From NCBI GenBank assembly GCA_012295275.1, contig CM022670.1, positions 26,536,001-26,600,000 on the forward strand: 64,000 nucleotides of DNA, given 5' to 3'. Position 1 is the first letter of the stretch; every line of letters begins with the position of its first letter. Shown piece after piece: positions 1 through 15,213 of this stretch. The notes under the pieces are model-generated. The model searched no databases. It was not told the DNA's origin and saw nothing but the letters and a program-made list of their open reading frames with translations. The translations under genes were made by a program, and so were the position numbers. The DNA is from Chrysomallon squamiferum. Taxonomy: Eukaryota > Animalia > Mollusca.

Positions 1-117
1 TGATGGTCATGGGATAGGTTTCAGTTTTATTTGTGATATATTAATTTACTCTGACTTTGAAATTAAACAAAATTTTCCTAAGACTGATTTGCAATGTACA
101 GGCTCAGAAATGTAAAC

Positions 118-154
<37 letters not shown>

Positions 155-446
155 TTCAACAGTCATGAATTAATATCCATTGAATATTTTCAAATGCATG
201 AACAAATTTTTCACTGAAATTCGTTATCATTTTAAAATTTATAATTATTAATTGCACGAAGTAAATGTTTTAAATTCATCTCCCCTACTGGTCAAAAACA
301 TTGGATTCATTAAAAGAATTATGAAAAAGAAAATTTAACTGACAACTGTATTATTAACTTATAAATCCAATTTTAGTCCCAGTTTCTCAGTTTCAAAAGA
401 CTGTTTTTGTTTTATAACTGTTGTATTGTTCATTCATGTCTTCTGT

Positions 447-715
447 AAGATTGTTGGTTCGGAAAACTTTTGAGATAACATCAAAAGTTAAAGATATTCT
501 GTATATTCGATTGAATAAATATTGATATCTAGCTTGCTATTAGTGTTGTTTTACTTTGCCTTTTTCATAAAACTTATATTGTCAGATCTTGTGGAAGACT
601 GTTTGTCCAGACTATTTTGAGATGAGCATCAAAAGTTAAAGATCTACTGTATATCTGATTTGAATAAATATTGATATTTAGTTTGTTATTAGTAGTTTAA
701 CTTTGCCTGTTGATA
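447..715. repeat. Diverged two-copy direct repeat, ~120-bp unit, ~148-bp period
   Basis: TTTTGAGAT..CATCAAAAGTTAAAGAT..CTGTATAT..TTGAATAAATATTGATAT..ACTTTGCCT occurs at ~468-560 and ~615-708. Confidence 0.8.
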
Positions 716-2201
716 TATTTTCTGAAATTTTGTCAAGCAGTGAATGTTTTAGTTTTATCATGTTCAGACATTCATTTTGTCATCGTCAACAGAACCCCCA
801 ACTTTGTTTCCCAATCAAATGAATGCTCATCACAGCTATATAAAATGCCAAGATGTGCTCAGTAAATCTATCAGAAAGTGTATGTAAATATTCCTTTCTG
901 TTACTTGATAAGATTAATCTGTGCAGTTATACAAAAAAACATAATGAACTGGTGGTAATGATGGTGATGATTTTATTTTTCAAAAATATGTAACTTTCAT
1001 GAAAAAAATTTGGGAACGATGTGATGAAACTGTAACAATATCATTAATGGACTATCCACTATTCTTTGGATAGTTCAAATGGATATTTAATTCAAATGTT
1101 TTTCAGCACTGATGTTTTATGGTCTTAATTCTTTCTTAAGTCTCACAGGTATGTTGTATGTAATTTCTTCCACAATATATTAACAAACATCAGTGTGAAG
1201 AATGTTCTCATTCAAGATGCTACATAATGATAAATGTAGCAATAAGGTTTTTAGTAAAACTTTTCATTTAGACAGATTTGCTAAAGAATCCTATTGTAAT
1301 TCAGAATCTTCTAACTTCTTTAACTGAAAAAGAAAACAGAGTTACAAAAAGTGAATTTAAAAAATGTTCACAAAAAATCTTAAATCTAAACAAACACATA
1401 TGCACAAACACACACACACACACACATATTTTCAAAGTATACTTGAAATGCACTCGGTAAAACAATTGAGTATTTAAAAGAATAAAATTTAAATGTTTAT
1501 GAATAAAGTATGCTTAAATAAAATGTCACCATATAAGGTTGAATTTATGCATACACTCGTCCACAGACAAATCATATATGCTTGTGCCAGAAATATCTTT
1601 TTGTTAAATTTAAGCATAATAAAACTATTTAAGTGCATTAGTCGGTACTTGGTTACTTACACCTTAGACTAACAGTTATTAAGCATCACCATATATATGT
1701 ATAATATTAAGAAAATAGCTTTCCTGATTTCCTCAGTTTTATTTATCAGTTGAAGGCTATGAACAGGATACCACATACCATTATCTTTAATAAACCAACT
1801 GTAAATCATTAATTAAAACTGCTCAAATGCCAATGCACTGATCACTAAGCTCTATTACTTATCACGAAATGAAAATTCGACATTCAATTTGCTTGTCTTC
1901 TAACACACTTCCGACACCTGTCAGTGTCAAAAACCCCACATTAAACAACCCAAACATGAAATTACAAATAACACACAGGACATGCCATTATTTTCTGTCT
2001 AATTCCATATTTCCGTTTCCATTCCAGTGCAACATTAATTCTGATAGTATGCATTCAAACTGACAACCGTAAGAACATAATAATTCTAATTTTCATCCTG
2101 TTTTTTAAAACACACTGTATGACGTAGAGGTTAACCATTTGAGAAATAACAGAGGTGGTTTTGTGCACTTACAAAATGAATGTGGAGTTTTTCAAATCTT
2201 A

Positions 2202-2367
2202 TCAGGATTTGTGAGCCTGGGGAGGCTGCTTCAACAAAGTTGGCTGAAAAATCAAAAAATCAAATCATTTAATTCTGTAAATCCAAATAACTTCGCATAT
2301 ATAAAACAAATACAGTTAAAATTAAAACAACAAACATTAACTAGATAGGTATCATAACTGACACACT

Positions 2368-2414
<47 letters not shown>

Positions 2415-5400
2415 CACTTGAAAGAAATTAAATATTGTGTATCTATATTAACAAATACAAATAGTAACTTAGAAATATTTCATTCTGTTACTGCTTTAAT
2501 GTTAATTCATAGATAAAATTAAATATTTAAAGTATAAATATGTTTAGGACCAAGCTTACCTTGTTAAAACCTCGCTGAATCATCAGATCATTTATTCTCG
2601 AGTTGTAGAAGTCGTAGACAAACTGGGCCATCTGACACATGTCATTAATTACAATTGGGTTCTGTAGTGGTGGGTCCTGAATCTGTAAAGCATTAAAAGA
2701 AATTAATAATGTCTCATTCTTGTCTTCCTCTTTTGATGAATGTATCTGGGAAAATTTAGATTGTGGATGTCAAAAGCATGTTAAATCAAGTCTCTAACTT
2801 GTTGAAATTTACCAATCAACACTGATTTTATGTGGCTACATGTCTCCATGTGAGGAAAATCATGGATACTGGACACATTTGACAAAATTATGTTATTAGT
2901 TAGCTAAATGAAGAAAAAAGATCTCAATTATCTTATTTAGTTTTGGAGATAAGCAACTTAGAGTCATTACATAATTGACTACCCCATTTGCAGTCTAGCA
3001 ACATTTTAATAACTGTAACTAAATGTCCATAATTTTGTATACCAAGTTCTTGATATCACAGCTAGACTCACAGAAGTAAAAGAAAATTTCTTAGATATAT
3101 AATTTTCTACAAAGTTCAATGTTTCCAGGGTTTGATTCATGACTTAGCCCCACAAAATGGATAATCAAACTAAGAAATGTTAAATGTTATCACCTAATGC
3201 ATTACAATTATGTAGATTTTAAGATGGAATATAAAAATAATTTAAAAATTCAATGTGCATGAGTGAAGATACTGCTTCATAGCATCAAAACATGCCCTGA
3301 CACTTACTGTACCAGACAATATTAAAATGAATAAACATATAGTTGAGAAAATATCTGCTAATAAAAATTATAACAAACAGACATGCAGCTATGGGTAGTT
3401 TCAATATACTTGAATAAAATTTAAAGTTGAAAAAAAAAAAATCATTTTCTTAACATTAAATGACGTGTTTAAAATACAAATGAATCTGCAGTGGTAAACA
3501 CTGCTTATGAATCATTATTTAAAATTAACATATTTATCATAAATAAATATCTGAAATTAATCAGTCAAAAAAAATTCTTTTTATTAACTATAAGGAATTT
3601 ATTATTAATTTTTTTCATTTATTTACTTCTTTTTTTTTAAACCAAGAAATGTATTTTATTATCTTTAAAAATAAAATTATATAAATGGTTGTCTGACCTT
3701 TCGTTTTGAGGGATATGATTCAGATGGTACTAGATGAATTTGCAGAGGCCGAGAACACAGCTAAAAATGAGAAAAAAAATATAATGAAAAACAAGAAATT
3801 AAAAAATGATTAGTCACTGAAAACAATTCATCGTTGGAAGATTAATCTGTTAATCTATTTCTGATATCTCTCTGGGAATATGATCATACTGTAAAGGAAT
3901 CGATACAATGTTCGTAATAAATGTTTTTAATCCATTACTTATTACGATTAATTCGTCAGACTGAATTAAATAAAACTGTACACGAATGATGTTAAAATAC
4001 AGAAATATATAGTTAATAATACATTTTTCAAAAAGGTTTCCTAAGAAATATCATTTTACAGTAATCAGTTACCCTGTTGAAGGCAGGAGTTAATTCAAAA
4101 CAGTTGCTGAAGAGTGAAACACGACCAAATATGTAGAGACCAAGACGAGCTCGGGACATGGCAACAACCAGACGTCGAACATCCCTGAAATGCAGTTCAT
4201 ATATAATAATAATAATAAATATATAAATAGTAGTAGTGGTGGTAGTAGTAGTAATGGTGGTTGTAGTAATAGTAGTGGAAATAGCAGCAGTAGTGGAAGT
4301 AGTAGTAGCAATGGTGCTAGCAGCAGTAGCAGTAATTTCAGAATGTTATATAATTTATAGTAAATGACAAAAAAAATGATTTTAAAATAGTATCATAATA
4401 TCTAATTTGTTTTTAACAAATAAAAACATTTATCAATCATTTCTATATGATTTTACTATTCATCTTATTTATTATTACTTTATATCAAAGTTTTGAATAA
4501 ATCAGCTCATTAAATCCAGTGCCAAGTAAGTAACAACATGAAGTTGTTTAGAGAATGTGTGTTTTAGCCAATAAGAATCATGAAATGCTAATACAAAGCA
4601 CCGTGGTTTTTTTGTGAGAAATGCCTATAAATAATAAAATGGAGTCAAGTTAATAAATCTATTACATAAACACACATGTGTCAGTCATACCTGAGATGTC
4701 CAACAGTTTTAGTTCGCACTAGAGAGAGTAAGATGTAATCATTCTGTTGACCTTGATATCTGTCAACTGTCGTCACCTGAAACAGAACATAAATAGTTTT
4801 CATTTTTCCAACTTAAATTCTTTCCTCTAATAATAATGGGTCTTTTGTTGTTGCTGTTATTTTGAGGGGTTTTATTTTATATTTTTTTTACTGGTTTTTT
4901 ATTGTTGTTTTTTTGGGGAGGGTTTAATGAGTCTTTTTATTTTTATTTTTGTTTTTTTTTAAATATCAAACTTGTTATTATTTCTTATTATTCATTATTC
5001 TGCAGTTTCACATAATATAATGACTGAGATGATAAACGGTGAACAATTAATATTATAATAAAAAGAAACAAACATGCTTTTAAAAATGCTAACATTCAGT
5101 AACAATTTTTTAATTCAACTAATTAAAATCCTATTGCTTTTTTTTAAATATTTATAAAAACAACAACATGTAACTGATTAATCACAGGTAGAGAAAACTT
5201 ACTTTGTTTGGTCGTCCTATGAAAGGGTTTGCTCCACATCGCTGATAAATGACATCACGAATGAGATGTTTCTGTCCATTGTAAGTGGTCAGAATAGAGA
5301 TCTTCTCAGCAGGGTATCCAAGCAAACGCATGTACATGAAAGTTGCTACTATATACTCTGCCTCTGCCAAATTCTGTAATTCAAAATTTTAATTGTACAA

Positions 5401-7343
5401 TGTAAATTAATATTTATTTTAACATCCCAGTATTATTATTATTATTATACAGTGAATGGAGAAGCAACATCTATTTTATTTTAATGTTTATGAAGTAAAA
5501 TTATTTTATCAGTTGTGTATTAATTTTATTATACATGATAAAAAAAGAAACTATATACACAGTACCTTGGTTTATTTTTATTTATTTCATTGTATATAAT
5601 AAATTTAATACAACTAATAAAATAAAGATCGCAATAAAATAAATTACTGCTCATAAATCATAAAATCAACAGTATGAACCTACAACAGTTTCATAAAACA
5701 TTTTACCTGGTAAAAGTAAGGATTAGGCTCAGATTCTCCAATTCCATTGAAATCTTGTACATCGATGAGCTGATAGTCATACATAAATCCTGGATTGGCC
5801 ATTTTAAATTCAGGTCGATTGAGAACATGAGGCAGGCTTCCAAGTTTCTTGTACCTCCAGTTGTACAGACTAGCCAGGCTGTGTTAAAAAAGAGAGGAAA
5901 AAAAGGGTTTATTTATTTATTTATTTACTTACTTATTTATATTAACTTAAAACAGAATATTTTCATTTAAATATTTTCTAATGATGAAGGATTCTGCTTT
6001 TTAAAGTATTTCAAAAAATTATTAGTTTAGTTCTAGTTGTTGGGGGTTTTAAGGGGTGGGTTGTCTTGTTTTTATAAATTATTTTTTTTATACATTTATT
6101 ACAATTGTAGTTAATCACAAGAGAAATACATAAGGAAAAAAAAAAAAAAAAAATTGTTTGGTAACATTAACTTATTATTTTCAAACACAAAGTAACAACA
6201 CTAAAACAAAATGTTACCTCGCCCTAGCTCTGCCCTGTGCATCCAGGTCAATGGTGGGCACTCCTAGACGGACAAAGCGGGTGAAAAGAGACTGTTCCAT
6301 GTTGGAGAATTTCTGAAAGGCCATGTTCTTGATGACAGGGGGCAGCTGATGGTGGTCACCAATCATAATCCATCTCTTCAAACGATTGTTTCCATCCTCA
6401 GGATTCTGAAAGCATTGTGAATGTATTTAAAAATTATGTGTCATCAGTTGTATTTATCAACAATTAGCAAAACACATTTAAAATTAAAATAAAGATTTAT
6501 TCTAGAATTCCTTTTATTTTTTTAAAGTTAAAACACGTAAAAAATGTTATTTATTGTTTAGAAAATCTGTATTTTTGAATGTATACGAGAATGCAAATGT
6601 AACCATATTTTATATTATTTACACTGACATTTTAAAAATCTATAATTATAAATGTTAAAAATAGAACACACTTTTGTTGATTAATAAAGTTAAAACATTA
6701 CATACCAAAATTTACAGTGACATTTTAAAAAAGTAAAAATATAAGGTTAAAATTTAAACATTATTTCATTTATCAATTTAACATTACATATTTAACATTT
6801 ATATTCACATTTTAATTTGTAATTTTTTTTTAATAGAAATGGACTGTTTATGGGGTGGGTTTTTTTCCTTTAAAGATTTACTCACCTGTAAAAGTAAAGG
6901 GATGAAAGTTTCTATTTCCAGAATCTGGGCTGCTTCTTCCATCAAGATGTTGTCAAACTGTTTTAAAGAGTCCAAATATGTTATAAAAATAAATAATCAA
7001 ATAATATTAAAATATATATACATATATTCGTAAATGCAAAATAATACTAAAAATATGTCATTATATCAAAATATAGTTAAATAATAATATTAACAGTTAA
7101 TGGTTTCCAAGCGTAAACAACATTGAGCAAGTCAAGGAAACAAATTTTTACCTTAAACCCAACTGAAACGAGATCTCGTCTCTTCAAGGCAGCATGGGTA
7201 CAAGTCATAGCAATAATCTTTGCTTCTTTTATCAACAAATAGTCTGCTCTGTCAGCTCCACTTCGCAGCAGTTCAAATGGTCGAAATTCCTTTAGAAATA
7301 ATACATATATATATATATTACAATAATTTAAAAAAAATAAACC

Positions 7344-7394
<51 letters not shown>

Positions 7395-10300
7395 ACACAT
7401 ATATTTACACATACAAACATATGTTTATGAAAATTTAACTGCTCATTCAAAAACAACAAAAAAAAAAAATAATAATTCATTAATAATATAGATATAGACA
7501 GGTTTATTTTTTTATTTATTTGTTTTTCTTCTTAATAATTCATTCAGTTATGAAAAGTCAGCAGCTAAGTAAGAAAAAACAATAAATATATATTTTTTTA
7601 CAATATATTAAATAAACCTCAGTTAAAATTAAACTACTAATGATTACCTGAATAATAAATTATAACAAATTTACAAATCAAGAAAAAAGATAATAAAGGT
7701 ATCAAACTGATCATATGCAGAATAAACTAATTTGTTTCTTTCTGACATTTATTTTATTATTGAAATAAACACGAGTAAAGACAATGAAGAGACAGATACC
7801 TCCAACTGTGTGAAGATTTTTTTCAGATGTCTGAAACATCCCTCGGCAATGTCCATATCTTCTTCATACGTCCGTCCTTTAAACAGAGGCTGTGGAGCAT
7901 TGTCAAAGTACGTCGTGAATGGAAACAGCTCCTTCACCTTCGACACTGCTTTCTCCTGCCAAACACATCATTAAAACATAAAATACACTACATGAGTGTT
8001 AAAAATGTGCAGAAATCACCAATTCTTGCTCAGGTATAAACGTGAATAACCAATTGTCAGATGCATCCACACTACACATTTAGATAAAACATAATACGTT
8101 TTTGACTGGAAATGTTGATTATTTACAGATTTATTATTATTATTTTTTTATTTTTTTGCTGTTGACAAAACATTTAAGTGTGGAAAAAAAAAAAAAAATA
8201 ATAAAAAAAAACGTTCTGGTAAGCGCATTAGATTATTTATATCAATTAGCAGCAAGAACTGTTTTATATGCTCTTTGCCATTAACATAGAAGCATTTTCC
8301 AGTCTATGATAAACTAGTCATGAGCACTAGATGTATTGTCTCTAAAAATAAAGACATAAGAATTACATTTTCTTTTACTGCTTTGATTTTACTCAAAAAT
8401 TCTTCCCATCTTGACAAAACCTGTAAAAAAAAGATAAAAAATAGATTTTAAATCGTTTTTTTTTGTTTCAATTTATTTAAATATGATTAATAACTGACTA
8501 TCTCTTGTATAAAATGATCAACATAAATATACTTTAATGCTGCTGTAAATTAGAAATACTTTTTGTAAAAGAAAAATTCAATTAATAATATTATTTTACA
8601 GTTACATTTAATAAATTTACTACAAAAAATATTTTTAATATAAATTACAAAATTTACAAAATAATATAAAGGCATAAGTAAATCTAATAATATCATAAAT
8701 CAAGATATTACCTAACAAATAAATTATAAAACATTTCTGTGATCTGACAAAGTCTGTAATATAATTTACAAAGATAAATATATCTAGGCGACACGTTCAT
8801 GTTTTACCTGATACAGAAAGAAGTAGCCGGCTGTCTCACAGGTGTAGGACATGTCCCCTGACACACCCAGACTCTCCTGCAGTCGGGCCACCTCCTGCAG
8901 CAGCTCCAATCTCTGAGCAAGTACATAGTTCACTCTTCCATACCTGATTTACAGTTTCAAAAATAATTATTAATAACACAAACATTTATTTCAAAAAATT
9001 GAACAATCCACAAACATTCAACTTACAGAGAACTAAAATTAGGAAATATATAAAATAGTATTTTGTTGGTAATGGGTGTTCATTTTGAGGGGGTTGTTCC
9101 TAGCACTACAGGTGCAATTTAAAATGAAATTAATTTATTTATAATACGATGCTACTGTGAAAAGGACCAAGTCAAACAAACCTGCTGAAATCTTTCTCTG
9201 TCTCCAGTGCTTCTTCTCCATGACCCAGACGCAACAAGTGACGCTCATCAATATCTAGAGCCATAATCTTCTCAAACAGTTGATTCAATGCCTGGAACAC
9301 AATACACTTGCTTAAATTCATGCTGCTATGTCATATATGAAAATACCATAAATATGGATCTGTTTTTAAATCCCAAACTTAACAAATATTTAATAAATAA
9401 ACAGAGAAAAAAACAACATATATAATTATGGTAATATTGATGTATCAAAGCATAAAGGGTTTTGGTTTTATCTACAAATAAAAGTGAAGGTATGTAACCT
9501 ATAAACATACATTTAGTTTACACAACAGAGACCCAACATAAACCATTAGATGAAAACATTCTAAGGAAACAACAGAAACCTAATGAAATAAAGAAAGAAA
9601 TATAGAGAGATATATAGATACAGAGAAAGAATGAAAATATCTTGTAGATGTTCAAATCTTGTGAATTTTCACCTGGTTAGAATGTGTCACTATCAGTGTC
9701 CTCTGGTCAGGAAAGTTGTGGTAGATGTTGGAAATAATCTGTACAGCAACGTCAGTCTTCCCTGTACCTGGTGGACCAACCACCATTGTCAATCCTGGCT
9801 GCATGCCTGCTCTAATAGCCTCAGTCTGTGTAGGAGTGAATGGGATTGAATTTCTAAACAAACAAACATTTATATTTAATATCATAAAAATTAATAAATA
9901 TTAATAATGACAAAAATTATTATTGAGATACTGGTAGCAAATAAATGAATATTAAAGTATACATTGACACATATTTACTCTTTCAAAACTTTTAATATCA
10001 TTTGCTTACTCTTTCAAAAACTTTTAATATCATTTGCTTCAACTTAGGATGATCTAAAATAGTAATTGGCATGAATGCAACATATGGAATAACAGATTCT
10101 AAATTATAAACTCTGTTTAAATTTTCTATGATGAAATCACAGAGATATCAATTTGAAGACCAGAATAAAATAAACTTTTGCAGAATATAAACTAGATCCA
10201 AAATATTAAACTTATATCATTATTTATTAAATAATTATGATGGAAACTTAAATAAAATAACCATAAAAACATCGAGCATAATAAGGAACGCTGACCTGAT

Positions 10301-11687
10301 TATGCCCAAATCATTATGGTATTTCTGTTTTCAATATATATATATACATGTATGTATTTACATAGATGTATGATAATATTTATGATATGATAACCAACAA
10401 CTGTATAATATATATTACTTTTTGGGCTGATTGTATGGGTAAGGGCCTCTGTTAGGAATCACGTGTGGTTCTACTGTGAGAACTTTGCTCACAGGTGCTG
10501 ATGGGTTATCTTCTCCTTCTTTCCTCTTAGTTTCTCCATCTTCTTCAGAGAACCTCAACCTAAACAAAAGATATACAACATTTTTTCTTACTACTATTTT
10601 TTTTTTTAAATACATCTTCCAGTAAAGGCATGTTAATTACCATATCAGCACAAAGTCCATAAAAATTAATAAATATTAGTAAATATAAAAGTTATTCTTA
10701 AAATATTGGTAGCAAATAAACGAATGCTAAAATATACATCGTTATATATTAACTAATTCAAAAATCAGTTTAATGATAAACAAATAATAATTGAAATGAA
10801 TGTATTCTTTAAATAACTGTATTTATTATAACTGATTATATTTTAACAGTCAAACATCATTTTTATTGCATTCAAATTTTTATACATATTGTACGATTTA
10901 TTCAGGAATATAATAATGTTGTCATCGTGATCCTTATTAAACAATATATATTTATCTGAAATATAATGTTTACTGTTAAAAGAACTTATTGTTTACTTGA
11001 AAGGTGGTACTTGTTTCTGTGGATCATCAGTTGTAAACTGGATTTTGTGCTCAGGGAAACAGGATTTAAGATGAGACAGAGAAAGAAATGTGTCATTCCA
11101 GTCAAGATTGAAGATTTGGTTAGGCATTCTGAAAGCATAACACAAAAGATTATAAAATCAAACAAACTTTAAAAAATGTCTTTTATCTTTTAATCCACTT
11201 GAAATTTAGTCATACAACGTTATATTTTATAATTAGTTATGTTTTAGTACAAGTGAAATCTTCCTTACTCAAAAAACTCTCAGACAATTCCATATTTAAT
11301 ATAAAAGATGAAATAACCTAAAAGGAATATTTTCTTTGAAAAAGCAGAAACTTGTTTACTAATACATTTCAACAGGAGGTTAATTAAAATCAATATAAGC
11401 AAAAATAAAGTAACTGTCTAAAATACATAAATGCATTTACTTTTATTCTACATAGAAATAAATCTATAGGTCACCTGGAGTAATGTGCAGCTTGTGGATC
11501 TTCATATCCCAGAATAAGATCGTGTAACCAGTCAGGCACGACGCAGTCTGTGTTCATCAAGTCTCGGATTGTTTCTAACACTGCCTTGAAGTTGTTCTCC
11601 TTCGGCTTCCTTCTCATTATCACATTGAATGATTCATACACATCCTGAAACAAATCATCCCAAATTAGTTAAATATTTTCACACACG

Positions 11688-11744
<57 letters not shown>

Positions 11745-14700
11745 TCAACAATTTATATATTCAGATATTACATATTAATAAAAAACACATAAGTAGCTGT
11801 ATATTAAAATAAACTAATACAAAAAAAACACAACAAAAAAACCCGATATAAATATAGCCTTGTTTTCTCCTAACTGACACAAGAAACAAATTATGAAACA
11901 AAATTAGTTTTAAATCTTCACAATAATGAGTAAATATTCTTAAGTATAACGAAGCCATAATAATTTGCATATTAATTTTCTTCTAAATAAAGAAATATTG
12001 AAATTTATCTGTTATTAGTTCCTGATGCTACTGTATCAATAAACTGTCATTTATTTCAGTATCAGGAATGAAGACTTACCTCACTTCCCTCAATTGCTCG
12101 GGCATTGTCCTGCTGGTACTGGTTGGGATCCAGCCAAACTCGGAATGTTCGTGTGTCACCTGTCAATTCAGGTTTCGGTTCTGGACCTGGAGAAAATTGA
12201 CGATCAAATTATAATCCTTATTTTTTACAAGAGAGATTAATAATGAAGTACAGCAATGAGATGTTTTTCCATTTCTGACTTTACTTTTTTCATATGTATG
12301 AATTCTTTTTATAACATTTATTGCGGTCACAGAATATATTTTGCACAAATTATACTATATTACTCAGAAATAAACAAAAAACCAAATAAATATGTGTTCT
12401 GTTAAAGTGAACAAAAATTTTTATAATTTTTGCTGCATACTGTTATTACCTTCTTCAATAACTTTTCCAGTGTCATCCAGCATTCCCTCTACCTCACATC
12501 CACGTACATATGTCAGTCCAACTTGTGGGATAAATGGTTCCTTGTATTTATACTGATATCCAATGTTCACTGTCGGCCTAAGAGTGATCAGAAAAGCTAC
12601 ATCATGTTTCCTCAGTCCTGTAACCACAGACAGGTATGTTACATTCAAAACAGTTGACAAGCTTTGTTCAATTAGATTAAAATTATGCATTTTAATTTGG
12701 ATAAATTAAAAATAATGATAACAGTGTTTAAACAATTCATTAAAATCATGTGGGACTCAATACTGTTAAATTACAATGTAAATAATTAAGTAATTCATTA
12801 TATTAAAAAGCTATGGATAAAGTATTAAAATGTTATGAATAAAATAAAATTAAAATTAAAAAAAAAAAAATTTAATTTCATTTTTTGCAGCTTTTCCTCT
12901 AACAATTATATTTTATCTTAAACAACAGAAAAGTAACAAATTGTTTCTTTCAAAACATTAAAAAAATAAAAAAATAAATAAATAGCAAAAATCCATAAAT
13001 TAATTTATAAATAATCATCAAGTTTAATTTTTTTTTAGAATGATAGCGTACTGTCAGCATTGTTTACCTTCCCATTCACTTTTCACTTCTGGCCTCACAC
13101 TGAGGTTTACAGTGACATCAGCACGAACCTGAGCTGGGTGATTCTCACCAACTCTCGGCTTCGCAACCTTGGCAAAAAAACAGTATTAAATTAATCAATT
13201 ACAAAGCAAAATAAAACTGTAAAAATGTTATTTCACTGGTAGTTTCAACTTTGTATTTTATTTATTAACTAATAACATGCTAATAGGCTGGATTTCAGTT
13301 TGATACACTTTTAAGAAGGATCAAACACAAAAATTTAAATCAGTGTGCAAAACAACTATTACAGATGTGATATGTCTTTAACAAAATATCAATAAATATG
13401 TATGTATTGATAATAGAAAGTATTGATCTGTTTAACTTAGTGAAAAAATTAAAAGAATTTTTGTTTTCTCAAAATAGTATTTTCTATGAACTTAATTAAG
13501 AATTAGTTTTCTAAAATTTGTTCAACATTATATTGTTGCATAAATCATAAGCAGAGGCTGGATTGGGAAAACATGAATGAAATCAACAGTAGTAAATAAA
13601 GAGACAACTTACTTCAACAATACTGAATGCTACAATAGGCTGTGCCATTCTGGCCCATCCACCAAATATACAACGTCCATCTTCTGCTTGCCTGAAATAA
13701 AACAAAAACAATATTAACATTAAACTGATTAGTCTCTTTTCAAGTAGCTTAACTCTTTTATGAAATAACAACACTTTAGAATAAATAAATGAAATGTATT
13801 TGACCAAATGTCAAATGAAAATGTTTTCAACAGAATTATGGCCTAAAGACATATTTTGTAATTCCCAATTTTAAATTAAAAAGTAACAGTTACCATGGTT
13901 TCAGATGAGTGGCAGCATCTTCAATATCTTGTCTGATTTCATCTGAGAAAAAAAAAAAAGATTCCTTCAAAATAAATAATGCCAAAAACCAAACCTCTGT
14001 TTTGGACTACGAAAAAAGAAAAATACACCACTGCTATACTTCATTATCACACAGATTTGTTAATTTTGTTATTGAAACAGAATGTTTTGACAAATATTAC
14101 AGCAAACTAAAATGTAATTATATTATAATGTAAATCTGAAATTTTAATTACAAATAATGAATTTCTAACTGGATCGACCTGATTTCTAAAAGTCTATTTA
14201 AAACATTATTTTAAAAAATATATTATTTAGAAAGTATTATAAAAATATGACCTACATGTTGATTCTAATCTGAACAGGTTGAAATTTTTCAGCAGATAAT
14301 CATGAAGAGTCAGAAACTGTAGATTTAACTTTGGGAGTGCAAGACATCCTAGAACATAAAATAAATATTTAAACATCAGACATATCATCCAATGATACAA
14401 ATTCTGTTATTTTGAAAAATGTTTTTTTATTGTTATATTTCTTTGAACAGGAATTTACATTCCAACAAAAAAGAAAATATTACAAATTAAAAAATTATGA
14501 ATTAAAGAAAATAGAAAAACAGAATAAATTATTACAAATATCTTTAAAAATAATAATAATAATAATAATAATAACAATAATAATAATAATAAAAGTATTA
14601 TGAAATTTTACAAAAATAAATTTATTCAAAACAAAACAACCAATAATAAATGAAAAGTCTAACCCTCTCCTGAGAAGTATTCTGTGGGTACAATGTTTTC

Positions 14701-15173
14701 ATCCCAGATGATGTCCTCAGTGGGATACAAAGGCAAATCATTCATTGCCTCCAGCTGTGATGGCTTCCTCTCATGTTTACTGATCTAAAACAGACACAAT
14801 CAAAATAACTTTAATAGTATAATAGTGATTTACAACTTATAACAAAAACTACCTTAATACTGAACATTTTATTTGAATTGGATGAGCAAAGTACTCATGA
14901 AATGAAAAATTAACAGGATGTGTAATATGTTCAGAATCAATAGTTAAGATGATAATAGTTAGTTTAGCAGTTGTGTATTGTTTCAGAACTTAATTTTATT
15001 CCACAACTTGTGATGGAGATGTTTTAATCTAAAATGTAATATGCAAATAAAAACTGAAAACTTAAAAAAAAAAATTCTGAAGAGACAAAATTTGTTATTA
15101 CTGTTAATATATTTTTCACCTTTTTTTTTCTCAATGTGTCAAAAGATCTTTTTGTTATTACTGTTATATATTA

Positions 15174-15213
<40 letters not shown>

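Noticed and set aside
1021-1112. Possible C/D snoRNA (GTGATGA...CTGA with an internal ACTATCCA/TGGATAGT hairpin)
   Set aside because: There is no convincing terminal stem or recognisable rRNA/snRNA guide, and such boxes are frequent by chance in AT-rich DNA.
4090-4311. ORF-track ORFs with poly-Leu, poly-Met, THTH or CVCV runs (also 7220, 16864, 19821, 22495, 31018, 61456, 61458)
   Set aside because: These are translations of microsatellites, sometimes fused to real exon frames.
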